A stretch of DNA of 55,313 nt, taken from Chloroflexota bacterium (GTDB taxonomy: Bacteria; Chloroflexota; Dehalococcoidia; Dehalococcoidales; JAZDNC01). The position numbers were made by a program, and so were the translations under genes. How positions within the stretch are numbered: the first letter of the stretch is position 1; each line of letters opens with the position of its first letter. The notes under the pieces are model-generated. The model worked only from the letters and a program-made list of their open reading frames with translations, was not told where the DNA came from and made no database searches. Location: assembly GCA_043800335.1 (NCBI GenBank), contig JAZDNC010000037.1, positions 1 to 55,313 on the forward strand, written 5' to 3'. Below are positions 18,543 through 28,613 of the stretch, one piece after another.

Positions 18543-18830
18543 ATGCCGACATACGATTACAGATGTGAGCCGTGTCATCTAACCTTTGAAATAAAGCGAA
18601 GCATGAAAGACAGCTCCGAGGTGGTCTGCCCCAAGTGTAAACGCCCGGCAAAGCAGGTCTTCGGCAGGGCTAACATAATGGTCAAGGGCGGTGAGTTCTC
18701 TTCGGGAGAGAAGCGAGAGTGGTGGCAGCGCCCGGGCATGGACGAGTGTTTTGCCGATGCGGCGTCCGCGGCGAAAGAGGTAATCAAGGAGCATCCCGAG
18801 GTCTTGCGGCCTCCCGAATCTCAACCCTAG
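18543..18830 (+). CDS. FmdB-family zinc-ribbon protein
   Basis: MPTYDYRCxxC...CPKC. Confidence 0.85.
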   Translation: MPTYDYRCEPCHLTFEIKRSMKDSSEVVCPKCKRPAKQVFGRANIMVKGGEFSSGEKREWWQRPGMDECFADAASAAKEVIKEHPEVLRPPESQP

Positions 18831-18879
18831 TTGCTTGCGCCGTTTCCGCTTTTACCCTAGAATAGAGTCCGTTCCGAGA

Positions 18880-18954
18880 GGCGACGTAGCCAAGTGGCAA
18901 GGCAGGGGTCTGCAAAACCCCCATTCAGCGGTCCGAATCCGCTCGTCGCCTCCA
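18880..18954 (+). tRNA. tRNA-Cys(GCA)
   Basis: GGCGACG/CGTCGCC acceptor stem, GGGGT-CTGCAAA-ACCCC anticodon arm, encoded CCA; atypical T-loop TCCGAAT. Confidence 0.9.
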
Positions 18955-19053
18955 TCTTACTTCCCCGTTGAATGAGTGCCAACGCTTGATTTTTATTCTT
19001 AGCGCGCTATAATACTTGACCTACCTAGCCTTAATTGCTAAAGTAAAACTGAC

Positions 19054-19126
19054 GCCCGAGTAGCGCAATGGTAGCGCAACCGACTTGTAATCGGTAGGCT
19101 AGTGGGTTCGACTCCCCTCTCGGGCT
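19054..19126 (+). tRNA. tRNA-Thr(TGT)
   Basis: GCCCGAG/CTCGGGC stem, ACCGA-CTTGTAA-TCGGT, GGTTCGACT; CCA not encoded. Confidence 0.93.
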
Positions 19127-19139
19127 GGTTTTTGAGTCT

Positions 19140-19227
19140 GGAGAGGTGCCGGAGCGGTTAATCGGAGCAGACTGTAAATCTGCCGCCCTGACGGGCTTCG
19201 TGGGTTCGAATCCTACCCTCTCCACCA
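19140..19227 (+). tRNA. tRNA-Tyr(GTA)
   Basis: GGAGAGG/CCTCTCC stem, GCAGA-CTGTAAA-TCTGC, long variable arm, TTCGAAT, CCA. Confidence 0.95.
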
Positions 19228-19292
19228 GTGCTTGCAAAAATTAGCAGAAATTAGCTGGGCTGATTATATAAGGTTCACATCCAACCCAGCCT

Positions 19293-20588
19293 CTAAGCCT
19301 CAAAAGCTACCCCATCAGCTTTAATCTCTGTCCTGTCAGATAACTCACAGAAGATATCAGGATGCAGAGTATGGATAGGTACTAACTTTTGCATATCAAG
19401 CTCTTTAGTAACACGTTTAATGTCATCAACTGATGCATGACCGCTGGTGTGAAGCGCCTCCAGTGAAAAACCTCTCTTCTCCAGAGCCCTTTCAAAGATT
19501 TGTTGATATTCATTGTCGCGGTAGCCCCGCCACATCGAATAAAGGAAAACGCCGTCATGCAGTCCGCACCTTTCAATATCCATGCGCATGGATGGGCGAC
19601 ACGCCATAATAGTACTATCCTGTACCTTATTCAGTTGTTCGCGCGAGATATGATATTCTGAAAAACGCCGTGCGTACTCCTCTCCAATCTGGTTAAAAAT
19701 CTTTTGCGTTAATCGGTATGGGAAAAACACCTTTATCTTGGGATATTCCTGCGATGGGTAGGGCAGGTTGTTTCCAAGTTGCCGCAGTTCATACATAACG
19801 TTAGCCGTATAGATATCGACAACAAATGTCCGCTTCAGCCGCAGAGCCGCTCTGTAAAAGCCTACCAGACGGTCTATATTCTGGCTTGAGCATTGGAAAA
19901 GTAGAGGAATGTTCAATCCTTTCATTCGTGCAACGACCGCGTCTTCAAGCTCTTTTTCAGTCATTATCTTTTCGTCAAGTCGCCCGAGTATCGACCCCTC
20001 GATTAGAAGAATATTGGGTTGTTTCTTTGCCGTTTCTAAAAAGCGGTCAAGACACACAGCCTTTCGACCATGTCCACGGAAATCACCGGAGTAGGTTACA
20101 GTTTTGTCTTCCGAGTTGATTTCAAAGGCTGCTGCGTCAAAAGCAGAGTGGTCCATCAGATAAGGTTTTATTTTAATATCGCCAATTTGGAAAGACTGGT
20201 ACATTTGAAATTTTCTAATTTCCACATCGAAACTATCGCAAATTTTGAAAAGCTGAGATACTTGAATGAGTCTCTCGGTTCCGGCAGACATATAAACGGG
20301 TATCATGGAGTTGATATATTTTAAAAGCCCGTAATGGTCGATATGCGCATGTGAGATCAGCACGGCATCGAAGTCTGGTTTATCCCAGGCATATAAGCCG
20401 ACAATTTTAGGCAGCACGCCAAGTGCAAGAAGCTCTGAGTAAGATAGCTTAGCAATACCATCATCAATCGGCTCGTTGTTCAGAAACAGAGGGTATCCAG
20501 CATCAATCAAAACACGAGTTGCTTTTGTTTTGATCTCAATTAGAGTTCCGCCAATCTCTCTGGTGCCGCGATAAATGGTAATTTGCAT
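19293..20588 (-). CDS. Metallo-beta-lactamase fold, RNase J-like beta-CASP nuclease
   Basis: GTREIGGT, SHAHIDH, DHSAFD, YSGDFR, HTSGHA, PIHT motifs. Confidence 0.85.
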   Translation of the reverse strand: MQITIYRGTREIGGTLIEIKTKATRVLIDAGYPLFLNNEPIDDGIAKLSYSELLALGVLPKIVGLYAWDKPDFDAVLISHAHIDHYGLLKYINSMIPVYMSAGTERLIQVSQLFKICDSFDVEIRKFQMYQSFQIGDIKIKPYLMDHSAFDAAAFEINSEDKTVTYSGDFRGHGRKAVCLDRFLETAKKQPNILLIEGSILGRLDEKIMTEKELEDAVVARMKGLNIPLLFQCSSQNIDRLVGFYRAALRLKRTFVVDIYTANVMYELRQLGNNLPYPSQEYPKIKVFFPYRLTQKIFNQIGEEYARRFSEYHISREQLNKVQDSTIMACRPSMRMDIERCGLHDGVFLYSMWRGYRDNEYQQIFERALEKRGFSLEALHTSGHASVDDIKRVTKELDMQKLVPIHTLHPDIFCELSDRTEIKADGVAFEA

Positions 20589-20594
20589 AAAGAT

Positions 20595-21593
20595 TTATCT
20601 TATTTCAATGCCCGGAATACTCGTGCTTAAAAATTTGAGTTTGTTATTTTCCTCTTTAAAATAGAGGTAGTGAAGCACGATAGTATCTCTATCAACAGGC
20701 AGAGCCAATCCGCCGAAGGAATAATCATTGTTATTATTAGGGGGCATCACACATGCCGCATACAGCACTAGTTGGTTCGGTATCTCTCCACTGAAACCAA
20801 ATAGCTTCCACCATAGCTTTCCAGAATCGCTGCGTAGCAGTTCGCGGATAAACGTTGTATAAGCCACTGCCTGTTTCACTGTATCTTTGGGTGGTTCTGT
20901 ACTTTTGTTAACATCCTTCAATTCCATAATACACAGGTGTGTTGCTCTGCCTCTTCCTACCCTTGTCAAGATATCTATATGGCCATAACCGATTTCCACT
21001 TTTTTATGGTTACTTGCTTTGATGTTTGTGGGCATGGGGAAACGGACATTTTTAATCGGTGTTACTGGTTGTACATTCAGCAGCGCCTTGTCCTTGCTTT
21101 CCGTTTTGAAAAACTCCGTCAAAATCAGACTTTCTAGGCGATGTTCATCATTACTGCGGTTGCCCTCGCGACGACCTTTTCTTTTATTGAAATAGTTACG
21201 AAATTCCGTTGCCTCGTCGCCGCGCCAGTCAACGTTTGAAAGACGTAAGTTACAACCAAAATTGTCCAGATTGCTTTTGTCATAAGATTTAGACTTGGTA
21301 TATTTGGTGCTTAGCTTGTGATTCCCATCCTTGTTTCCTGTAAGCTTGGCAACTGCTTGTCCCATATACCGCAAATCAAAGCCTATCGATTTTGGGGCAT
21401 TTTTCGCCGAAGTTGTAGTTACATAGACATATAGCGGAGACCATTCACGGAAGCTACTGCGGATGCTCTCAATTAGCTTTTTATTGCTGCAAATATCAGT
21501 CGCAAAGCCAGCCCAACGAGTTTGCCACTCTGTATTTTCCCTCAAGAGCTTTTGTGTGTTCTCAATAATAGCCATAAATTCACTATTGTCCAA
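20595..21593 (-). CDS. Hypothetical protein with PD-(D/E)xK nuclease signature
   Basis: EHRLE ... GHIDIL ... IMELKD ... KQAVAY (E/D/ExK/QxxxY); TTG start with AAGGAGAG RBS. Confidence 0.7.
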   Translation of the reverse strand: MDNSEFMAIIENTQKLLRENTEWQTRWAGFATDICSNKKLIESIRSSFREWSPLYVYVTTTSAKNAPKSIGFDLRYMGQAVAKLTGNKDGNHKLSTKYTKSKSYDKSNLDNFGCNLRLSNVDWRGDEATEFRNYFNKRKGRREGNRSNDEHRLESLILTEFFKTESKDKALLNVQPVTPIKNVRFPMPTNIKASNHKKVEIGYGHIDILTRVGRGRATHLCIMELKDVNKSTEPPKDTVKQAVAYTTFIRELLRSDSGKLWWKLFGFSGEIPNQLVLYAACVMPPNNNNDYSFGGLALPVDRDTIVLHYLYFKEENNKLKFLSTSIPGIEIR

Positions 21594-21680
21594 AGTCTCT
21601 CCTTAACAGCTGCCTTCTTAAAAAATAGTATAACTCGAAATAAGTGAGATCAACAAGAGTCTCCCCGCCAAATATCTTTC

Positions 21681-21806
21681 TTGACAAGAACACACATTAG
21701 ACTTATTCTATAAATATCTGGTTCCCGTATTTAAGGTTGTTCAGTGGAGCGTCGTTTCCTGTGAGCAGGGGCGAAGCTTGACTTTTCGTGTTCGTTAACC
21801 TAAAAT
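21681..21806 (+). promoter_or_regulatory. Two tandem sigma70-like promoters for tRNA-Thr-tuf
   Basis: TTGACA-17-TATTCT from 21681; TTGACT-17-TAAAAT from 21778. Confidence 0.6.
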
Positions 21807-21819
21807 TGGTCGTTAATTT

Positions 21820-21892
21820 GCCCACATAGCTCAGTCGGTAGAGCACGTTCTTGGTAAGAACGGGGTCATCAGTTCGAATCTGATTGTGGGCT
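21820..21892 (+). tRNA. tRNA-Thr(GGT)
   Basis: GCCCACA/TGTGGGC stem, CGTTC-TTGGTAA-GAACG, TTCGAAT. Confidence 0.93.
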
Positions 21893-21912
21893 CATGAGAT
21901 AAGGGGGTTATA

Positions 21913-23118
<1,206 letters not shown>

Positions 23119-23120
23119 CC

Positions 23121-23288
23121 GTGGCAAAAAAGGGCGAAAACAGGGTCGTCATCTACCTTGCCTGTGATGGGTGCAAGGAGAGGACCTATGCTACCACCAA
23201 GAACAAGAAGAACGACAGCCAGCGTCTTGAGCTGAAGAAGTACTGCCCGCGCTGTCACGAGCATCGGCTCTATCGGGAGGTAAGGTAG
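23121..23288 (+). CDS. rpmG: 50S ribosomal protein L33 (Zn-binding type)
   Basis: Manual translation [55 protein letters not shown]; below the ORF-track cutoff. Confidence 0.95.
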   Translation: MAKKGENRVVIYLACDGCKERTYATTKNKKNDSQRLELKKYCPRCHEHRLYREVR

Positions 23289-23300
23289 TCCCGTCAGTCT

Positions 23301-23510
23301 ATGAGCGAGACAGTTGCCAAGAGGGTCAAGGGACGGTTCCGGTTCCTCAGGGAGGTTGTAGCCGAGTTAAAAAAGGTGACCTGGCTCAGCCGGAGTGAGG
23401 TGGTGCATCTCACCGCCATGGTACTGGCAACCACCCTTCTGGTAGGGTTTATCCTCTGGGCGATTGACCAGGGCTTCAGTATGTTAATCCGTCTTTTCAT
23501 CGGCGGTTAG
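23301..23510 (+). CDS. secE: Preprotein translocase subunit SecE
   Basis: FLREVVAELKKVTW plus one TM helix; position before nusG. Confidence 0.93.
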   Translation: MSETVAKRVKGRFRFLREVVAELKKVTWLSRSEVVHLTAMVLATTLLVGFILWAIDQGFSMLIRLFIGG

Positions 23511-23534
23511 AATTTTTAGGGGGAAGTTGTTTTT

Positions 23535-24080
23535 ATGGAGTCGGCGACAGCAGAAAAGGAAAAAAGCTGGTACGTCATTCATACCTACGCCGGGTATGAG
23601 GAGCGGGTTAAGAAGAACCTGGAACAGCGCATCAAGTCCATGGACACCAGGGGCGAAATTGCTGAGGTGGTCATACCCACCGAGGAGCAGATTGAGGTCA
23701 AGAACGGCCAGCGCCACACCGTGGTCAAGAAGATACTGCCCAGCTATGTCCTGGTGAAGATGAAACTGAGCGACCAGAGTTGGAACATCGTCCGCAACAC
23801 CTCCGGGGTCACCGGCTTTGTCGGCAGCGGCGCCAAGCCCAGCCCTCTGCCGGAGACCGAGGTCAACCGGATTTTGAAACAGATGTCGGCGGAGGCGCCG
23901 GTATACAAGGTCGGCTTCCGCAAGGGACAGAGCGTGAGAGTGATTGACGGGCCATTCCTTGATTTCATGGGTATCGTGGATGATATTAATCTGGAGAAGG
24001 GCAGGGTCAAGGTTCTGCTCACCCTGTTCGGGCGGGAGACACCGGTAGGACTTGACTTCCTCCAGGTGGAAAAACTCTAG
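23535..24080 (+). CDS. nusG: Transcription termination/antitermination factor NusG
   Basis: WYVIHTYAGYE, VTGFVG, KOW VIDGPF, FGRETPV. Confidence 0.97.
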   Translation: MESATAEKEKSWYVIHTYAGYEERVKKNLEQRIKSMDTRGEIAEVVIPTEEQIEVKNGQRHTVVKKILPSYVLVKMKLSDQSWNIVRNTSGVTGFVGSGAKPSPLPETEVNRILKQMSAEAPVYKVGFRKGQSVRVIDGPFLDFMGIVDDINLEKGRVKVLLTLFGRETPVGLDFLQVEKL

Positions 24081-24089
24081 GAGACTTAT

Positions 24090-24515
24090 ATGCCGAAGAA
24101 AGTTAAAGCGGTCATAAAACTGCAGATTGAAGCCGCCAAGGCGAGCCCGGCCCCACCGGTGGGGCCGGCTCTGGGGCAGCAGGGCATCAATATCATGGCT
24201 TTCTGCAAGGATTACAATGAGAGAACCAAGAGCTCAGCCGGCTCAGTGGTGCCAGTGGAAATCACCGTCTACGAAGACCGTTCTTTCAGCTTCGTCACCA
24301 AGACGCCGCCTACCACCGACCTGCTCAAGAAGGCAGCCGGCATAGAGAAGGGCTCTCAGACGGCGGGGAAGATGGAGGTGGGTAAGATTTCCCACGCCAA
24401 GCTCAGTGAGATAGCCCAGATAAAGATGAAGGACCTGAACGCCCTGAACCTTGAGGGGGCGGAAAAGATTGTCGCCGGCACGGCAAAGAGTATGGGGATT
24501 AAGGTAGAAGACTAA
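24090..24515 (+). CDS. rplK: 50S ribosomal protein L11
   Basis: [24 protein letters not shown]. Confidence 0.97.
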   Translation: MPKKVKAVIKLQIEAAKASPAPPVGPALGQQGINIMAFCKDYNERTKSSAGSVVPVEITVYEDRSFSFVTKTPPTTDLLKKAAGIEKGSQTAGKMEVGKISHAKLSEIAQIKMKDLNALNLEGAEKIVAGTAKSMGIKVED

Positions 24516-24516
24516 A

Positions 24517-25230
24517 ATGGCAGAGAGAGGCAAAAAGTATCAGGAAGCGGTAAAGCTTCTGGAAAAAGCAAAAGCCTATTTACCCGAGGAGGCGGTGGCT
24601 TTAGCCAAGAAGATGGGCTACACCAAGTTTGATGAAACGGTAAACCTGTCACTGCGCATGGGGGTTGACCCGCGCGCCGCCAACCAGCAGGTGAGGGGTG
24701 TGGCGCTTCTCCCCAATGGGCTGGGCAAGCAGGTAAGGGTACTTGTCTTTGTCCAAGGGGAGGGAGAGAAGCTCGCCCAGGAGGCTGGCGCCGACCACGT
24801 CGGTAGTGACGAGCTGATTAAGAAGGTCGAGGGTGGCTGGCTGGACTTCGAGGTCGCCATGGCTACCCCGGACATGATGGGCAGGGTCGGCCGCCTGGGT
24901 AGAGTCCTGGGACGGCGCGGGCTCATGCCCAATCCCAAGGCTGGTACCGTGGTGCAACAGTCCGACCTACCCCGGGCGATTGCCGATGCCCGTAAGGGGA
25001 GAGTAGAGTTCAAGCTGAACCGCTCTGCCATCATTCACGTGCCGGTGGGTAAGCTCAGCTTTGATGAAAAGAAGCTCGCCGAAAACGTGGTAGCGGTCAT
25101 TGACGCGATAAACCGGGCCAAGCCCTCGGGCGCCAAGGGGCAGTACTTTAAGAGCGCCTATCTCTCGAGTACCATGGGGCCCGGCATCAAACTTGACCTC
25201 AGGTCGGTGCTCTCAACCAAGGCGGCTTAG
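24517..25230 (+). CDS. rplA: 50S ribosomal protein L1
   Basis: [24 protein letters not shown]. Confidence 0.97.
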   Translation: MAERGKKYQEAVKLLEKAKAYLPEEAVALAKKMGYTKFDETVNLSLRMGVDPRAANQQVRGVALLPNGLGKQVRVLVFVQGEGEKLAQEAGADHVGSDELIKKVEGGWLDFEVAMATPDMMGRVGRLGRVLGRRGLMPNPKAGTVVQQSDLPRAIADARKGRVEFKLNRSAIIHVPVGKLSFDEKKLAENVVAVIDAINRAKPSGAKGQYFKSAYLSSTMGPGIKLDLRSVLSTKAA

Positions 25231-25235
25231 GCTTT

Positions 25236-25342
25236 TTCTTCCCAAGACAGTAGGCGCCGGTTGCCGGCTTAATTTAGTGCCTGCCGAGGAAGGTTAAAAC
25301 AGGAGTTCCTGTGTCCTCGTGCTGTGGCACGAGGACTTTTTT
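25236..25342 (+). promoter_or_regulatory. L10 leader (ribosomal protein autoregulatory RNA)
   Basis: AAGACAGTAGG...TTAAT...CCTGCCGAGG core followed by hairpin GTCCTCGTGC/GCACGAGGAC-TTTTTT, upstream of rplJ. Confidence 0.8.
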
Positions 25343-25361
25343 ATGGAAGGAGGTGATAAGG

Positions 25362-25901
25362 ATGCCCACGGAAAGAAAGACCAATATCGTAGCCGAGCTC
25401 AAAGAGACTCTGGCGAAGAGCAGTTCCGGTGTCATCGCCGACTACCGGGGCATGGCGACCCCTGAGCTCACCAACCTCAGGGGCAAGCTCCGGACGGCGG
25501 GCTGTGAACTCAGGGTGGTGAAAAACACCCTGGTGGCGATGGCGGCAAAGGAGTCAGGCAAGGACAGCCTCGCCAGTATCTTTGCCGGACCCTCGGCGAT
25601 TGCCTTCGGTTACGCCGACGCCGCCGCTCCGGCAAAGGTTATGACCGATTATGTGAGGAGCACCAGAGACACCCAGCTCAAGATTAAGGGCGGCTTTCTG
25701 GGCGATAAGCCAATCACCACCGCCCAGGTCACGACACTGGCAGTCCTGCCGCCGCGTCCGGTGCTCCTATCCATGGTGGCGGGTGGCATCAAGGCACCGA
25801 TTGCCAGCCTGGTAAGCCATCTCATGGTGCCACTCGCCGGGCTCAGCGGGCTTCTTGAAGCCAGAAGAAAGCAACTTGAGACTGGTAGCGCAACTAAGTA
25901 A
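25362..25901 (+). CDS. rplJ: 50S ribosomal protein L10
   Basis: DYRGM, LRVVKNTL; ATG at 25362 after GGAGGTGA. Confidence 0.95.
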   Translation: MPTERKTNIVAELKETLAKSSSGVIADYRGMATPELTNLRGKLRTAGCELRVVKNTLVAMAAKESGKDSLASIFAGPSAIAFGYADAAAPAKVMTDYVRSTRDTQLKIKGGFLGDKPITTAQVTTLAVLPPRPVLLSMVAGGIKAPIASLVSHLMVPLAGLSGLLEARRKQLETGSATK

Positions 25902-25927
25902 CATTACAAAGACAAGGAGTGTGAAAA

Positions 25928-26314
25928 ATGGCAGATATTAACGAGCTAATCAAGACAATTAAGGGCATGACCGTCCTGGAGCTGGCAGAGCTAATCAAGG
26001 CAATGGAAACCGAGTTCGGCGTCACCGCCGCCGTAGCCGCGCCGGCAGCGTCCCAGATGCCTGCGGCAGCCGCGGCACCGACCGCAGCGCCCGAGGAAGA
26101 GAAGACCGAGTTCACCGTTGTCCTCAAAGAGATTGGCGCCAACAAGATAAACGTAATCAAGGCGGTGCGTGAGCTGACCGGTCTCGGGCTGAAGGAGTCC
26201 AAGGACCTGGTGGAAGGAGCGCCCAAGCCGGTTAAAGAGAAGGTCGGCAAAGAGGAAGCCAATGCCGCCCGGGACAAACTGGTTGCCGCTGGCGCAACTG
26301 CCGAGATTGCCTAG
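25928..26314 (+). CDS. rplL: 50S ribosomal protein L7/L12
   Basis: [34 protein letters not shown]. Confidence 0.97.
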   Translation: MADINELIKTIKGMTVLELAELIKAMETEFGVTAAVAAPAASQMPAAAAAPTAAPEEEKTEFTVVLKEIGANKINVIKAVRELTGLGLKESKDLVEGAPKPVKEKVGKEEANAARDKLVAAGATAEIA

Positions 26315-26441
26315 GCGCTAACGCTGACTCAAAAGAGCCCGCCGCCTCCGATGACTCTAGAATTCTCTCTTTTTCGGTTGAAAAAGAGGACTTAGTGGCG
26401 TATATTATTTCCCGAGAGGAACTGCCACTGGGGGCGGGCTG

Positions 26442-26699
26442 ATGCCACAGATAGAATGGTTTGCAACCCTTCTGGTTCTGGGACTGGGCTTTATCCTCCT
26501 CGGAGTGAATCTGGTTGTCCGGGGAAGGAAGGACGAGGGTTATTACTTTTCCTCGCTATCAAAACGCCCCGACGTACGGAAGTATCTGGAGAAGCGTTCG
26601 CTTCCGACATTCATCTCGCTCAGGGTCGGAGGCAGAGTCTGTATCGCTATCGGGGTGGCTCTCCTCGTCCTCTCCGTCGTCCTCTGGGCGCGCCGATAG
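26442..26699 (+). CDS. Small two-TM hypothetical membrane protein
   Basis: Two hydrophobic helices; upstream TTGAAA-17-TATATT. Confidence 0.65.
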   Translation: MPQIEWFATLLVLGLGFILLGVNLVVRGRKDEGYYFSSLSKRPDVRKYLEKRSLPTFISLRVGGRVCIAIGVALLVLSVVLWARR

Positions 26700-26859
26700 C
26701 CGTGTCCCTGGCTAAAAACAATGTCCGGCAAACTGAATTGAATAGCAGAAGGAGAAGGGAAAAACCTTCTCCTTATCCAATCTAGCTTATGCTATAATAA
26801 AAACAGTTATTTCGTGTTAAACTTGGCTCGTCCTTGGCGTAAGATAGTAAGGAGGTCGG

Positions 26860-27318
26860 ATGTACAACAGGATACTGGTGCCCCTGGATGGCTCTAAATT
26901 GGCGGAGAGCAGTCTGGAGCATGTGAAAGCGATTGCCACCGGGTGCCAGGTTGCCGAGGTAATTCTGCTGGCGGTGGTTTCAGGCTATAGACCGGGTGCA
27001 GGCTTCTCCTGGGGTGGAGTTGAATCGGAAAAACAGATGGCAGGGATGGCGGAGAAGGCTCAAGCGAAGGCTCGTAGCTATCTAGACAGCGTCGGCGCAA
27101 AACTGGCTGAGAAAGGCATGGTGGTTCGTACCTGCGTCATGATTGGCTCTCCGGCGGAGACCATACTGAATTATGTCAAAGACAACAACATTGATTTGAT
27201 TGTTATAGCTACCCACGGGCGTTCCGGTCTATCACGCTGGGCACTGGGTAGCGTGGCGGAGAAAGTCCTAACCGCTTCCCCGGTGCCGGTATTTATCGTC
27301 AGCCCCAAGAAACGCTAA
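26860..27318 (+). CDS. Universal stress protein (UspA family)
   Basis: ILVPLDGS, DLIVIATHGRSG..RWALGSVAEKV. Confidence 0.92.
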   Translation: MYNRILVPLDGSKLAESSLEHVKAIATGCQVAEVILLAVVSGYRPGAGFSWGGVESEKQMAGMAEKAQAKARSYLDSVGAKLAEKGMVVRTCVMIGSPAETILNYVKDNNIDLIVIATHGRSGLSRWALGSVAEKVLTASPVPVFIVSPKKR

Positions 27319-27331
27319 CCGAGGAGGGTGG

Positions 27332-27829
27332 ATGTACCGCAAGATACTGGTGCCCATGGACGGCTCAGAAACCGCCGAGTCTGCGTTAAGCCACGTCAGG
27401 GCGATGAGCAAGGCAAGCCCACCCCCCGAGATTGTGCTGCTCAGCGTGGTCGAACCCAAGGACTGGGGCAGTCGCTACAAGTGGGGTGACAAGTCCGCGA
27501 GCGACCGTCTTACCGAGGAACTGAAGAGGTGGGAGGCGGAGGAAAACGAGAGATGGCTCACCGAAGCTGGTGAGTACCTGACCGAGATGGCAAACCTCCT
27601 GGCGCAGGACGGCATCACCGTAAAGACTGCCATAGTCCAGGGCACGCCCGCCGAAGCCATACTTGACTACGCCCGGGAGAACAGGGTAGACCTGATTATC
27701 ATGGCGACTCACGGTCGCTCCGGCACCGCTCGCTGGGCGCTGGGCAGTGTCACCGATAAGATAATGCGCGCCGGCGAGGTGCCGGTCCTGGTAGTGACGG
27801 CGGAAAGCCGCCGCAAAGGACAGGCTTAA
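27332..27829 (+). CDS. Universal stress protein (UspA family), tandem paralog
   Basis: ILVPMDGS, DLIIMATHGRSG..RWALGSVTDKI. Confidence 0.92.
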   Translation: MYRKILVPMDGSETAESALSHVRAMSKASPPPEIVLLSVVEPKDWGSRYKWGDKSASDRLTEELKRWEAEENERWLTEAGEYLTEMANLLAQDGITVKTAIVQGTPAEAILDYARENRVDLIIMATHGRSGTARWALGSVTDKIMRAGEVPVLVVTAESRRKGQA

Positions 27830-27836
27830 AGTCAGT

Positions 27837-28604
27837 CTATTTCTTCAATACAAACCAGACCCGGTGGTCATTTTCCTCTGGCGCGCGGAAACTTGCTAAG
27901 TCGCCCATCGCTGTAACTTCCGTAAACCCGGCTTCGAGAAAAGAGTGCCTTATCTCATGCAGAGTGTACCCCCGCTCTTTATGCTCCTCATCGCTACGAC
28001 GCCAAGTATTACCGCGGCGCATGAACCCAGTAATTCGCCAGGTGGCGATGTTCTTATCAAAGTCGTAGGTAGGACGGTTAATCAGAAGCGAATCGGCAGT
28101 ATCAAGCTGGAGGAGAACAGGCGCCTCGCCGAAGGTAATCCCGGCATCGTAGTAAGCCAGAAGCCCCGGGATGGTTGCCATATCGAAGATGAAATAACCC
28201 CCCGGGCGTAGCGCCTGCCAGACCCCGGCAAAGGTCTTCGCCAGGTCTTCCGTTTCGATGAGGTAGTTGAGGCTGTCGAACCAGCAGGTCGCTACATCGA
28301 ACTCACTGTGGAATTCCAGACAGCGCATATCCTTACAGACAAAGTTCATCTTGAGTTTCTCTTCGAGTGCTCTTTTCCGGGCAAGATAAAGCATTCTCCG
28401 GGAGTTATCAACGCCCGTCAGTTTATATCCCAGTCTCGCCATAGCCACGGCGAAAGTCCCATCGCCACTGGCAAGGTCGAGAATTGTCTTGGGGGAGATA
28501 CCGAACTTTCTCAGAATACCGGGAAAAAGTGATGCCATTCTCCGGCTGTGTTCCGCCCATATCCCCCTGACGTAGAAATCGGCGAAACCTTCGTAGATAG
28601 GCAT
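27837..28604 (-). CDS. Class I SAM-dependent methyltransferase
   Basis: ILDLASGDG, GVD, DMR, FDSLNY, LRPGGYFIFD. Confidence 0.88.
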   Translation of the reverse strand: MPIYEGFADFYVRGIWAEHSRRMASLFPGILRKFGISPKTILDLASGDGTFAVAMARLGYKLTGVDNSRRMLYLARKRALEEKLKMNFVCKDMRCLEFHSEFDVATCWFDSLNYLIETEDLAKTFAGVWQALRPGGYFIFDMATIPGLLAYYDAGITFGEAPVLLQLDTADSLLINRPTYDFDKNIATWRITGFMRRGNTWRRSDEEHKERGYTLHEIRHSFLEAGFTEVTAMGDLASFRAPEENDHRVWFVLKK

Positions 28605-28613
28605 ACTCTGACT

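Larger units (their letters stand above)
19228..21670. other. AT-rich two-gene islet inserted between tRNA-Tyr and tRNA-Thr-tuf
   Basis: Abrupt visible shift to AT-rich sequence after the tRNA-Tyr CCA; genes antisense to the tRNA operon; no integrase. Confidence 0.7.

Noticed and set aside
21661-21670. CTCCCCGCCA as an att-like duplicate of the tRNA-Tyr 3' end (CTCTCCACCA)
   Set aside because: Only 8 of 10 nt match and no integrase is present; too weak to call
26314-26442. Absence of rpoB after rplL, and the CxCx4CxxC insertion in EF-Tu
   Set aside because: Treated as lineage traits recalled from Dehalococcoides-type genomes, not novelties
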